In this document: one piece after another, positions 40,459-53,380 of the stretch
Layout: every line of letters starts with the position of its first letter
Numbering within the stretch: position 1 is the stretch's first letter
From: Octopus vulgaris
Taxonomy: Eukaryota
Direction of reading: 5' to 3'
Assembly (NCBI GenBank): GCA_951406725.2
Contig: OX597819.1
Span: 104,160,001 to 104,224,000, forward strand
Length of the DNA: 64,000 bases
Notes under the pieces: model-generated
Databases searched by the model: none
Told to the model about the DNA's origin: nothing
The model's input: only the letters and a program-made list of their open reading frames with translations
Program-made: the position numbers and the translations under genes

Positions 40459-41154
40459 CAAAGAGAAAAGAAACTAACCAAGTTTAAGTTTTATATTAAC
40501 AATGTTTCGTATTTTCTGATTAATTCTTTGTTTAGTCTGGAAAAATGATGTCCCTAAATTCATTAGTTCTTTTAAACATTCTTGGTCTCATTTTCTGAGC
40601 GATATTTCTGAGGCAGGTATGAAATGGGCCTTGAAATAGATCAAAGATATTCCTAGGAAAAACAAAAATAGAAGCCTAAAAAACGAAACGATGTTGTAAC
40701 TTCATCGAAGGATTCTACATTAGCATTATAGTTTAGAGCACAAATTCTGTTGGTTTTGGGTTTGTATTTTGCTAATTAATAAAGCTTCTGTAGCTGATTT
40801 TCCAATACTTTTTGCCGAATTCTATTAAGAATTGTTGTGTTCTTCACTGTTTTTCTACATAGTTATGTTTTATATTCTGTATTACATTGTTCTATAAAGG
40901 GTTCCTTGTTATATATGAATGGTAAACGGATGAGAAAACGTTGTACATGTGTGTTCCAAAAAATAAAAAAACTGTTTTAGTCAACGACGTTTATAACTTC
41001 CATGCTTCCATTCAAATGTTTATATTAACATTGATTGTCTAAAGACCGTTCTGTGACCTGGAGGTTTGTGAACAGATGTTGAAGTAGATGTTTCTAACGC
41101 TGGTGATAATTTTTATGAATATATTCTTACAGTTATTTTGTAGTTATATGTCAA

Positions 41155-41310
41155 GGCGCATGGCCCAACAGTTGTGGTCTAGTGGTCAAAGTGTTGGACT
41201 AACAACTGTTAGTTGGTAAGTAAGTTCGATTCCTGGACTGGGAGGTGCGCTGTATCCTTGAGCAAAACATTGCACTTCACGTTGTTCCAGGTTACAGAGC
41301 TAAAAATGAG
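41155..41310 (+). mobile_element. SINE family D fragment
   Basis: TGGTCTAGTGG A box, GTTCGATTCC B box, TCCTTGAGCAAAACA. Confidence 0.7.
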
Positions 41311-41361
41311 TACTATCCGAACATTATGTCGCTCTCTCTCTTACTCTCTCACTCTCACACA

Positions 41362-41417
<56 letters not shown>

Positions 41418-42607
41418 CTGAGTCAAGAGTGGACAGATCAAGCGAGTGTCATGTTTGCTCATGACCACATAGACACCTAAAACAATAAGCGACAATATGG
41501 TACAAGTTACCAGATCATACTTGCTGTCTAGTTGTTTAAGGATTTCGTGATGTAGTGCGTTGATTCAGACATTTATAGGTCGAAGTGGAGTTATTCCACC
41601 TCTGAATCTTTATGGGTCAACCTTTATGGTATAGAGGGCTAAATTATATGTACTAGAAAGAAATAGATCTTATTTGTGAATTTGATGCAGTAATCAATTT
41701 GTTCAGTTTAATATTTAGTCGTGCAGTGTTATCTTTCTTAATTTTAACGAATTTACTGTTTTCGTACAGTATATTATTGATTTTTGTAACATAATCTTTT
41801 CGTTCATAATAGCTAATAGATCAATTACTCTAATTACTTTTACATATTACGATTTTATCGCTGTTTTTCCAAATCGTGTGCAGCTTGCTCGAGTTTTACG
41901 TTAAGAAGATTTTGGTTGTGTAATGTATGTTTGTGTTTGTGTTTGTGTTTGTGCCTCTGTGTGTGTGTTTATTCCAGTTTATTACCACTACTCTGGAATA
42001 TATCTCGAATGTTATCGTCCCTTTATATTATATCGTTATTTGTAAGATTCTCTTGGGATTTGTAAAATACTTCTATTTTGATTTTCCGTTGGGCTCTTGA
42101 TTGTATTGCCTTTAAGGCGGAAGATTGTGCTGAGATTGAATGGGTTGTGTAATTTTATCTAGGCTGAATGTGTGGTGTGAGAGGCTAAGAAATTTCTCTT
42201 GTGCCGGCATCATTTATAGAGTCTACCGTGCTGTTGTTATTTCTTATTTGGCGTGAGAGTGAAGCCTGAGAATATATTACATTGTAGAGGTTTCTTATAT
42301 AATGTTATATTAGCTGTGGGAGTTTCATTAAGAACAAAATACAAAAATGAATGAAAGAGTATATAAAATCAGTAACGATACAGTAAATAAACAAAAAATA
42401 TAACTTTAGTTTTACACTGCATAGCCTTAAAGGAATGCCATAAGAGGCAATGAACAGGTGCTTTTCCTACGAACGAGGAGGAAATGAATTCAAAGTTCAA
42501 TTGTTTATGTCACGGCAGTTTCAATAATGCCCACCATTCACGTCGACGACGACCACGACGACCACCATGACAACGACCACCACCACCAACAACAACAACA
42601 ACAACAA

Positions 42608-42897
42608 TCCTTTCCACTATAAGTGTAAGGCCTGAAATTGTGGGGGAAGTGACTAGTCGATTACATTGACTCCACTGTTTCACTGGTACTTAATTTATCG
42701 ACCCCGAAAGGATGAAAAGCAAAATCGACCTCGGCGGAATTTGAACTTAGAACGTGAGGTCGAACAATAAGGATTATCAGGAGGGTTCTAAGCACTTGAA
42801 AGACTGCTGGAAACTTGTGGATACCTAAGGTTACAGGTAGTAACCCGCTACCCACATAAATTTTATTAGGAATAAGACCGAACCCGAACCAAAACAA

Positions 42898-42954
<57 letters not shown>

Positions 42955-43152
42955 CCTATCTATTAAAGGTACAAGGCCTAGAATTTTGGGGTAGGAGACT
43001 AGTCGATTACATTGACCCCTGGTACTTTATTTATCGACCCCGAAAGGATGAAAGGTAAAGACGACCTCGGCGGAATTTTACTCGGAACGTAAAGACGAGT
43101 GAAATACCGCTAAACATTTTGCACGGCGTGCTAACGATTCTGCCAGCTCACC
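42608..43152 (-). mobile_element. Two SINE family B copies (42608-42760, 42953-43152) around a short LINE 3' scrap
   Basis: Family B motifs; intervening plus-strand RIIRRVLST* followed by (AAT)n. Confidence 0.7.
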
Positions 43153-44326
43153 ATTTAAAAAATATTTCTCAAATTTTGGCACAAAGCCAGCAATTTCTTG
43201 GGGAGGGAAAAGTCAATTACATTGAGCACTGAGTTAGGTCTACAGGTACTTATTTCATCGTTCCCAAAAAGAGGAAAACTAGTTAGAAGTAGCAACATCA
43301 GACTAGATAAAACAAATGAAATAAGAGAGTTAGACCAAATCCAGACACACAAATACTTAGGAATCAATGAACTGGATACGATACAACACGCACAAATGAA
43401 AGAGAAGATAAAAAAGGAATACTATGGATAAGTTAGATTAATACCGAAAACAGAGCTCAATGATAAGTATCAATACTCTAGCCGTCCCAGTTATAAGTTA
43501 CACCTACAATATTCTTAACTGGACTCTAAATGAACTAATCAAAATAGACAGGAAAATAAGAAAAATGATGACAGGATTTAGGATGCACCACCTAAAATCT
43601 GACAGAAAGGCTACATATACAAAGAATCAAAGGTGGTAGAGACCTCATAAAGCTAGAAAACTATTATAAAATAACCACCATAGAACTACAGAAATACCTA
43701 CTTCAGAAGCAAGGAAAGCTTATACAAATAGCCACAAAACACGAACAAAACAAAAAACTGTCTTTAAGGAAGCTGACAAATACAAAAAAAAAAAGCCATA
43801 GCACCTAACAACTATGAAGAAAAAGAAGAAACAACAAAAACTGTAAAAGAACTGAAAACCAAGCTAAAACTGGAACAGTAGCGGGTCATGATAAAACGAT
43901 GGCAAGATAAGCCCCTTCATGGCAAATATTGCGTTAAGCTTAACAGAAAAGAAATAGACACAGCAAAATCCCAACAATGGCTGAAAAGCTTAGGACTCAA
44001 AGCAGAGACTGAAGGATTTCTAATTGCAGCACAAGATCAAAGCCTTCCCAATAGAAATCACCAAAAAAAAAAGATATATAAGTAACTGCAGAATCTGTGG
44101 TGATGGAGAAGAAACAAATCATATTGTTTTTGGCTGCCCAGTTCTGGATAAGAAAGAATATATTCACAGACACGACTGAGTTGGGACCTATATACACTGG
44201 AACAATAACAGGAAAAGATGGTATAGGCACACACCAGAAAAGGTCACAGAAAATGAGAAAGCAACCATACTCTGAGATATGCCAATACACACGGATAGAG
44301 AAATTAAGGCCAATAGGCCAGATATA

Positions 44327-45601
44327 TTAGGTTGTCAGTAAAGTTCTTGCGGTTTTTAACCTTTAAATTCAGATGCACATATCTCGGCTCAAACAAAACT
44401 TTATTAATCGAAATAAACACCATCAGAATCACCACACTTTAGCCAACGCGCAACAAGTTTATTTATGCCAATAGTATAAAAATCCTGCGTTCTGGTGGCG
44501 ATGAAGTCGTTGAAGGCGTGTTTGGCATCGTCTTGGTTTTTGAAGCATTTCTCACGCAAGAAGTTGTCGAAATGCTTGGAAAAGTGGTAGTCGGTAGGCG
44601 AGGGGTCTGGTGAGTATGGCGGATGAGGCAGAGTTTCGTAGCCCAATTCGTTCAACTTCTGCAGGTTCAGTTGTGCAACGTGTGGCCGCGCGTTGTCGTG
44701 GAGAAGAATTGGTCCTCTTCTATTGACGAATGCTGGTTGTTGCTGTTGGAGTTTCTTATGCATTTCATCCATTTGCTGACTACTTCTCCGCCGTAATGGT
44801 TTCGCCTGGATCCAAAAAGCTGTGATGGCTGAGACCGGCCGCAGACCACCAAACAGTTACCATTACCTTCTTTTGGTGCAACTTTGGCCTCGGGAAGTGC
44901 CGTGGAGCTTCGTCAGCGTTCAACCACTGAGTTGAGCATCACAAGTTGTCGTAAAGAATCCACTTTATCTCGCAAATTACAATCAGGTCGAGAAACGGGT
45001 CGTTCTTGTTGCGTAAAAGAAGGGAAGACGACACTTCAAAACGGCGTTTTATTTTTTTTGGTTGTTGTTCAATTCGTGTGAAACCAATTTCTCAAGTATT
45101 TTTGTTTTTCTAATCTCTTTCAAGTGGTTGGAAATTGTCGTACACGCTACGTCTAATTCAGAAGCAAGCTCTCGAACAGTTGTGCGTGGAATGGCTTCCA
45201 CTAAGGTTCTTAGTTGATCGTTGTCAACATCCGATGGCCGACCAGTACGCTTATCATCTTCAAGACTCGTCACCGCTACGAAATTTCTTGAGCCATCATT
45301 GTGTTGTACGTTTCTGGGCCAAACCCATCGTTGATATCGCGAGCTGTTTCAGCAGCTTTTCGGCCTAGCTTGAACTGGAATACGAAAATTGTGCGAATTT
45401 GCTTTTTGTTCATGTTGTATTCAACGTTCCGGAAAAAATGACCTAATTATTCAAAAAGAAAAAGCATAACACGATTAGATAGAGCGAAAACGGGCTTTAA
45501 AATTATATATAAAGTCAAAGTAATTTAACAAAAATTAATTTGAAAATACATAATTTAAAACCAAAATTTAAAATTCCGCAAGAACTTTCCTGGCAACCTA
45601 A
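44327..45601 (-). mobile_element. Full-length 1275-bp mariner (cecropia/Hsmar1-like) with TA TSD
   Basis: TIRs TTAGGTTGTCAGTAAAGTTCTTGCGG and CCGCAAGAACTTTCCTGGCAACCTAA; TA on both sides. Confidence 0.95.
44404..45413 (-). pseudogene. Mariner transposase, frameshifted
   Basis: MNKKQIRTIF start, RTGRPS, LVSHEL (WVPHEL motif), HDNARPH, HPPYSPDPSPTDYHF, DSDGVYFD*. Confidence 0.9.
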
Positions 45602-46106
45602 TAGTTGTCAGAGATCACCAAGAAAAAATACTTTCTAATCGATGTATTAATACAAACAGATGATAATGTTTCTCTAATAGAAACGGAGTAACTTTCAAAA
45701 TACAAAGATCTGGTAATAGAGGTAACTCGAATGTGGAACCTAAAAACAAACAGTTCGTATGATAGTAAGCGCATTAGTTATGATAAAACCATTCAGACAA
45801 ATACATAATAAAAAGACCAGGGCTTACAAGTACATATATCATACAAAAGATTGAACTAGTAGGCACTGCACACATCCTATGTAAACACTTTCAATACAGT
45901 GAAAATATGAGCACCACTGCAAACCACAGCACATACCTACGGCACGCAAAGCTGCTCTCGTTAGTACAGTGAAAGCATGTGATAAAAATATGACTACTGG
46001 ATTATAATAATGATAATAATAGTTTCAAATTTTGGTACAAGGCCCGCAATTTTAGGGGAGAGGAGGTAAGTCGATTAGATCGACTCCAGTATTCAACTGG
46101 TACTTA

Positions 46107-46472
46107 TTATCTCCGCCTTAGCGAAGGCGGAGGTATTGTTTTCAGTCATTTTTGTTTGTCCGTGGACAAAATATCTCAAGAACCGCTGGATGGATTCTGA
46201 TGAAACTTTCAGGGATGTTTGGCCTCGTGACTAGCACGAACTGATTAGATTTTGGGATCTATCCAGCCTGGACAAGGATTTTGGAGTATTTTTCCGTTTT
46301 TTTTTTTTATATTTAACTTTTGAGAGCGGTCTGGTTCATTTTTCGTATTCTCATTTGTGAGAGCAGTCGAATTTATTTCAGATATTCTCATTTTAAAAAT
46401 CAACTCCAGCTAATCGTTGAGAGGACGTTGGTGTTACCTTGGCGGAAGTTTACGCTCTCTGAGTAATCTTGT
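46107..46472 (+). mobile_element. Helentron-associated (HINE/DINE-like) non-autonomous element inserted in a family B SINE
   Basis: TTATCTCCGCC...GGCGGAGG 5' hairpin, CCTTGGCGGAAG sub-terminal inverted repeat near the 3' end, T-rich target; SINE resumes at TTTTAGCGACTCCGAAAGG. Confidence 0.7.
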
Positions 46473-46499
46473 TTTAGCGACTCCGAAAGGATGAAAAGC

Positions 46500-47105
46500 A
46501 AATAGTGAAACAGTATGACATATTATCAGCCAATGTACGCCATTAGCCCAGAAGGAATATAAGAGACATCACAATATAGCAAGGCTTGTCCATTGGACAC
46601 TTTGCAACAAGTATGGATTTGACAGAGCAAAAAATTGGTACGACCACAAACCCGAAGTCATCATCGAAAATGATAATGTAAAGATCTTATGGGATTTAAT
46701 GATTCAGTGCGACCATGAGATAGAGAATAGGAAACCAGACATAGTCTTAATTGAGAAAGAAAACAAACTATGCTGGATCATAGATATAGCATGTCCAGCT
46801 CACAGCAAGGTATGCGATAAGGAAGAAAGAAAAGTCAATAGATATGACAAGTTATCCTGGGAGGTTAAGGAATTGTGGTCGATGAAAAAGGTGGTAATAG
46901 TATCAATAATTGTCTGAGCCCTGGGAACAGTGAGTAAAAAATCTTGAGAAGTACATGGAACAAATAGGGGCTGCAATAAGGGTGGAGTACTTGCAGAAAA
47001 CAGCACTGCTTGGAACCGCTCGAATACTCCGGAAGGTGCTCGAAAAATAAGAGGTGTTAGTAAACAGCTGACACCGTAGTACATCTCCAGTGTTAGATGT
47101 GCAAA
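46500..47105 (+). mobile_element. R4/Dong-type LINE 3' fragment (restriction-like endonuclease)
   Basis: WYDHKPE, KILWDLMIQCDHEIENRKPDIVLIEKENKLCWIIDIACP...KVNRYDKL; (AAT)n tail. Confidence 0.88.
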
Positions 47106-47131
47106 AGCAATAATGATAATAATAATAAAAC

Positions 47132-47195
<64 letters not shown>

Positions 47196-47202
47196 TGCCT
47201 AA

Positions 47203-47455
47203 TTGCCCTGATGCAGTACCTTGCCCTGATGCAGTACCTTGCCCTGATGCAGTACCTTGCCCTGATGCAGTACCTTGCCCTGATGCAGTACCTTGCCCTG
47301 ATGCAGTACCAATTGCCCTGATGCAGTACCTTGCCCTGATGCAGTACCTTGCCCTGATGCAGTACCTTGCCCTGATGCAGTACCTTGCCCTGATGCAGTA
47401 CCTTGCCCTGATGCAGTACCTTGCCCTGATGCAGTAATTGCCCTGATGCAGTACC
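47203..47455 (+). repeat. 18-bp tandem array TTGCCCTGATGCAGTACC (~14 copies)
   Basis: Near-perfect copies of the family C terminus. Confidence 0.95.
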
Positions 47456-47992
47456 AGTCAGTGGCTCTCATGGCTTCTGATCTTAACTGATTGGAAGTGT
47501 TATCATGTACATTGTTTTGTCTTGGTATAAAAGATGGGCTACAGCAAATATTCTGCTCAATACCACAGATTTGCTTGTCAGTTGTTTGACCTTAACCAGT
47601 TGAGCATGTCCCTTAGTGGCTGACGATATGTGCATCTCTGATCACGAGCAGAAGTAGTGGGGGAGCATTATAGCCATGTGTTGAGAGGAATTCTTTGGGG
47701 TTTGAATAATTCACCTCTGGAAACATGGGTGGTTCTTTCAACATCCTTAAACAATTCTTATTCAGGGACCTTTTGAGCGGGATGGGTACTCAACCTGAAG
47801 AAATTTCTAACTGGGCCCCACCTGCAAGGTCATGTGCTGTTTATCTTGATATGAGATGACCATGTCGCGCACATATGGTTGTGATGCATGTGCCTGGTGT
47901 ACCCTTATCAGACGGGTAGTCATGATGGGTATATTGGGCTTCGTATATTTTACCCCAGTGTCACTTTGATGGCATGAACTGCTCTTTCACTC
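47438..47992 (+). mobile_element. Family C element, full length
   Basis: Matches 36422-36976; (AAT)n tail. Confidence 0.9.
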
Positions 47993-48060
<68 letters not shown>

Positions 48061-48061
<1 letters not shown>

Positions 48062-48645
48062 TTCATTTAATGGCCACTAGGACTGGCATATAGGGGACAA
48101 TATAGTAGACGAGGACTGTGAGGGTTTTACACAAAACAACGACTAAACAATTAGGAAAACAATATCAATAAACATTAAACAAGAAAAATATATCAATGAG
48201 ATTTCCCCAGTAGGGGGATGATCACCCAGGGCTGGCTCATATACCCTACCAATCTTGAACCACCCGACGCTTCGAGGGTACTCGGGAAGGGTACACCTCT
48301 CCTCCTCAAATTCAACTGTGTACAGGCGCATTGTTAGAGTAAGTCAACTCACACGGACCATTTTCGCTAAATTCACCTACCTTTCAGCAAATGTACTGGG
48401 GGGCATCACTTCTCTTTCCATCTGCATCTTCCTTTCCAAATGAAATTTGAAGAAGTTGAGGGATTGGCCGAAGAGAAAAGTGTCTGTCCTTAATCCTTTC
48501 AACCTCTTTCGCTACTGCTACCAGACAGAGGGAAATTGCCTGCCCTTCCTGGTCAAAGGAACGTGGCGGGTCAATATTCACTATGGATTCGGTCGATAAC
48601 CGGATCCGTTCTACACTTGACAACAACTGTTCGACATAACTCCAC
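48061..48645 (-). mobile_element. L1/Tx1-type LINE ORF2 C-terminus and 3' UTR, decayed
   Basis: Minus strand WSYVEQLLS...LVAVAKE...FFKFHLERKMQMER...FAER; assignment rests partly on the RT fragment at 49000-49850. Confidence 0.55.
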
Positions 48646-48746
<101 letters not shown>

Positions 48747-48763
48747 TAATAATAATAATAATA

Positions 48764-48970
48764 ATCCTTTCTACTAAAGGCACAAGGCCTGAAAGTTTGG
48801 TGGAGGTGACTCGTCGATTACATCCACCCCAGAGTTTCACGGGCACTTAATTTATAGACCCCGAAAGGTTGAAAGGCAAAATCGAACTCTGTGGCATTTG
48901 AACACAGAACGTTAAGACGGACGAAATATTGCTAAGCATTTTGTCCAACGTGCTGATAATTCTGACCACT
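48764..48970 (-). mobile_element. SINE family B copy
   Basis: Family B tail and B box in reverse. Confidence 0.75.
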
Positions 48971-48999
48971 AACTTTAGTTTGACCACTGAGCAGGCGTC

Positions 49000-49850
49000 A
49001 CAGTGCATTGCTGCGATCCAACCTCTGAAACCGGGTCCGGATGCGGCCTATTTCAGGATGGTTTCTAAATGATGATGATTGACCCTATCGAAAGCTTTTG
49101 ACAAATTGATCAGGTCCAACTGAAGTCAGGCTTCTTCCCAGCTCTGTTTATGGTGAATCTAATAGGGGGAAGGTTGTCATGGGTGGACCTGTTTAGGACT
49201 GCGCACATTTGGGCTTCCCCGACCGAACTACCTACGACAAGCGCCAATCTTTTCGCTCACACTTTGACCAAAATCTTAAACTCTGTGTTTAGCCGAGCAA
49301 TAAATCGAAAATTGCTTTCCTCATTCCCTTTGTCGGCATCTTTTATAAGCTGCGCTGCCACTCACTGGCTCATAGCATTAGGAAATCTCTTTTCTGCTGC
49401 CAAACAAATCAGGCATGAACTGTAAATTTCGTAGGGAAGACCATCTTGCGCAACTGTTCATCGCCTCCCGAATATCAGTGGCCGATATCTGTTTTCCACA
49501 AAACGTCTCGTCTATTACTGAGAACCTTTACAGGCCGCCCAGGCATGAACTAAAGAGTAATACCGCCGCCAATCAATCGTTTTCCACAAAGAGTTTCGAG
49601 AAGTGCTACTGGAAAGCCGCACACATCTGCTCAAAATTGAGTGGCATGCACCCGTTCCTGTCCGCCAAAGACTTGACTGTAGTTTTGTTGTCTCGTCGCG
49701 CCTCCGTCACTCGGGCACATTGGATAGCTATTATTTCCACGTGTTTCTGCGCACGGACTTTAGCTCTGATAAGGCAGACTTCGTATTTCACGTTGAAGAA
49801 ATAGTCAAGGGCCATAGTCGTTGCTAGTATATCCGTCACAACGTCTTAAC
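49000..49850 (-). mobile_element. L1/Tx1-type LINE reverse transcriptase fragment, decayed
   Basis: Minus strand NFRFIARLNTEFKILVKV*AKRLALVV...CAVLNRSTHDNL...SKAFDRVNH...GFRGWIAAM. Confidence 0.8.
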
Positions 49851-51770
49851 TGACCTCTTCTTCTAGATTACTGACTAGTTTTCCTTTCTATTTCTCAGTA
49901 TTGCTAGTTGTTTGCTAAACGCTAAGGATTCTACTTTAATCGCCCTCTTCAGGGCACCGGACCACCACCATATCCACAAATACTATCATTGTCAACAAGA
50001 TTATCGCCAATACCACCACCGTCTCCAATAACAATGACAATACCGATAACATCTATCACAACTACATTCCCCTTCTTCCTTTATTTCTTTTATTTCTTTC
50101 CTTTTTTTGTTTTTTTTTTGTTTGTTTCTTTTTCTATTCTTTCTTTTCTTTCATTCATCGTTTACTTTCGTTCTTCTCGCTCGTTCGACCATGCTTTCTG
50201 CATTCGTTTATTTTCCTCTAAATTTCTTTCAGTATCCCTGTCTCTCTGGCTATCTGTCTGCCTACCTATCAGTATATGTGAGTCCGTGTGGGTATGTGTG
50301 TGTCTTTCTGTCTGCCTGTCAGTATGTATGTGTAGTTGTGCGTGTATCTGTCTGTCTGTCTATCTTTCCATATATTTAACCCCCCTCTTGTCTCCACTCA
50401 GAGACGATACTCTGCTGTGATTTAAGTGAATAAGTTGTGCTATCCACCGTTGCGAACTGATTGTTAGTCTCTGATGGAAAACGTAGATAGCAACAGCCTT
50501 CCAATCCGCTGGTCCTTCCTCACCTGCACCACTGCCTCTAACTCTATCACCGCCGCCGCCACCACCAATACAAACATCAACATAACCACCAACACCACCA
50601 CAACCACATGTACACTCACCACACCTCCTCCTAAAGTAACCACCACCACCACCACCGCCGCCAACAACAACAACAACAACAACTTCACATTTGCCAGATT
50701 CCTTAGCCATCTTTATATGTTGCCCTTCCATTACATCACATCACTGAGGTCTCTACCACTACCATCACCGCCACTACCATCAAGACCACTAACATTATCA
50801 CCAGTACAGTCACAACCATCGCTATCACCAGCGCTATCACCATCCCACCACCACTACTACCAACTCACCACATGTCTACCGCTACCCCGATATTGCAACC
50901 AGCACAACCACTACCACCATCAACACTAACACCAGCACCAGCAGCAGTAGCAGCAGCACCAGCACCACCACCACCACCACAACCACTACGACCACTTTCA
51001 CAACCACCATCACCATCACAACCAACACCACCACCACCACCACCAACACTGCTGCCATCACTACCGCCCGCCGCCGCCGCCATCACCATCACCACCACCA
51101 CCACCACCACCACTACCACCACCACCACTACCACCACCACCACCACCACCGCAATAATAAATTACCAATGAATTTTACTGATAAAACAGACCCAGTCAAT
51201 CCTTCTCGTCCAATCCTTCCATTTACCTTCAATTTCTCCCTCCCCCTCATCTCCCTTCATACCAACCCCCTCTCTCTGCAGTCACACACTGAACCCCTGT
51301 AATCTTTATGTACTTAGGTGGTGGGAGTAGTGAGGTCTTAATGGAATCAAGAAGGGGGTACAAGTGGACGTAATCTTCATCTTCTGTGTCATTCTAACTA
51401 AAGAGAAATGAAATATATATTAAGCACAGATTAAGGTCTAGGAAACAGTAGTTGTGGTAGTAGGTCTGGTTTGAGTAGAGGTGAAGGTGCTAGTTGTAGA
51501 TGAATAATTATAGAGATGAGGGTGAAGCTGGTGATGGTGTATTTGTTGGTGCGAGTGGTGAGTGATGGTCATGTTGATAGTATTAGTTGTTTGAGTGGGT
51601 GGCGATGGTATTGGTAGTAGTTGAATAATGGTGGTGATGGTGATATATTTGGCTACTTTTGAGAGGTGGTCATAAAGAGAGTTGAAGTATGGTAGTTCTA
51701 GGTGGTAGCATTCTATTGGTAATAGTAGGATGGTTGTCGTATAGTAGGATGGTAGTAGTAGTAGTAGTAA

Positions 51771-51822
<52 letters not shown>

Positions 51823-52696
51823 TGTTGTTGTAGTATTAGTTGTATTAGTAGTTGTAGCAGCAGTAGTAGTAGCAGCAGCAGCTGCAGCAGTAGCAGAGTT
51901 GGCGATTTGGAAAATGGTAGTTCTTATAGTAGTGGGAATAGTTATGGTCATGGCAGTGGTACCGATAGTAATAGTTGTATTAGTGGTTTCAATGATGGTA
52001 TTCTATTGATAATATTAGGAACAATAGTCATACAACCACCGTTTTTATTATTACCTTTAAGAACACCATCTCAAAGAGTTTATTCCAAAGTGGCGATTTT
52101 GTTCAACACTGCCAGGACAAGGACTTTTGAAAGTTGTCTGTAATCTCAGAACTGAATGAGTGATGCAGCAGGATCGAGATTGGGATGGTTGAAACCTTCG
52201 CATAGGGTCACAACGTCTGACTCAACAAATCTCGTGTTGTTGTGCAAGTGGTTTGTTGTCTGCATCGGTGGGTGGTTTCGAGCAGCTCAAGTGTCGCGTT
52301 GGAAGGTGCCGGAACACCTATAAAGCTGTTTCACCGCTTGGTGAGACATCAATCCTTGCATTCGGACACGGAGTACAACAGCACTCTCAGCACACAAGTG
52401 TTTACTCTAAATGTTTTCTGCTCAGTTGTTTCTCCTCGCTGCCCAGATATCAGAACATTGTCACTTATGACCACTATGGAATGCTAAAGCTAAAAAGGCC
52501 GCATTAGCCCCATTACCCCTCAGTAGAAGACTGAAAGCACCTGAAAACTGGATGTCAGACAGCCAGTTTTTTCATCCAGGACTGCAGCTCATTTAAGAAG
52601 ATGAATCGCATTCAATCATTGGCTAAGAAACTCAGCAGATATAGCAGACGCCGAAAATATCTGCGCGTCACTAGTAGCTTTACCTTTGTAACCGTC

Positions 52697-53380
52697 GATG
52701 ACTTAAATATAATCTAGATGGCTTTTATACTGTATCGATGACTTAAATATTGTCTTAATGACCTATCAACTAGATCAGTTATTTTCAAAATAGACCGCCT
52801 TGGCGAGGGCTGTGAGGACTGAAAAGGGAGCGAACAAATTGCCATGCCAAAATAAAATTGCTTTATTATATCAATGATTCGGAAAGGAAGGATCATATGG
52901 ATACAAACCCTATATTCGACTTATTGATAAAGAGAAATTTCAAAATTTCAATAATACTTAATTTTTGACTGGAATCTAGTATTTGCCAGTTTGAGAAACA
53001 CTGGACTAGACGATTTAAATTACGTCTCGATGGCTTAAATATTACCTAGACGACTTGGTGTCTTGAATATCAACTAAATGACATAAATATTACCCAGATG
53101 ACTTAAATATTGCCTGGATGACTGAGATAGCATATAGATGGCTTATGTATCATTATAATGACTTATACGTCGCCTTGATGACTTTAGTATCCCTTAGATG
53201 ACTTAATTATCGTCCGGGTGATTGAAATATTAGTATCATCTAGGAAGCTTAAATATTGCTTTGATGATTTAAATATTGCTAGGATGATTTGAATATCACC
53301 TTCTTAGCTTACATATCACCTATATATTTTAAGTATCTCTTTGATGGTTTAAATATCCTTTAAGTGACTTAAGTATTGTT
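52697..53380. repeat. Degenerate ~20-bp minisatellite (GATGACTTAAATATTGCCTA) interrupted by a MITE
   Basis: Recurrent GATGACTTAAATAT at ~20-bp spacing on both sides of 52776-53003. Confidence 0.8.
52776..53003. mobile_element. hAT (Charlie-like) MITE
   Basis: TIRs CAGTTATTTTCAAA and TTTGAGAAACACTG; 8-bp TSD AACTAGAT/GACTAGAC. Confidence 0.7.

Larger units (their letters stand above)
43240..46000 (+). mobile_element. Decayed 5'-truncated R4/Dong-type LINE interrupted by a mariner
   Basis: HKYLGI, WQDKPLHGKY, LKAETEGFLIAAQDQSL, CRIC zinc motif, RPDI|VVRDH endonuclease motif split by the mariner, (TAA)n tail. Confidence 0.88.

Noticed and set aside
47203-47455. CRISPR-like array or CPDAVP/LALMQY repeat protein
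   Set aside because: Contiguous 18-mers without spacers, derived from a mobile-element terminus; no cas genes; eukaryotic context
50872-51171. Pro/Thr-rich extensin- or mucin-like ORF
   Set aside because: Degenerate (CCA)n tract with no other coding evidence
52535-52585. CTGAAAA-CTGGATGT/ACAGCCAG hairpin resembling a hammerhead stem II
   Set aside because: Core mutated and no GAAA after the stem
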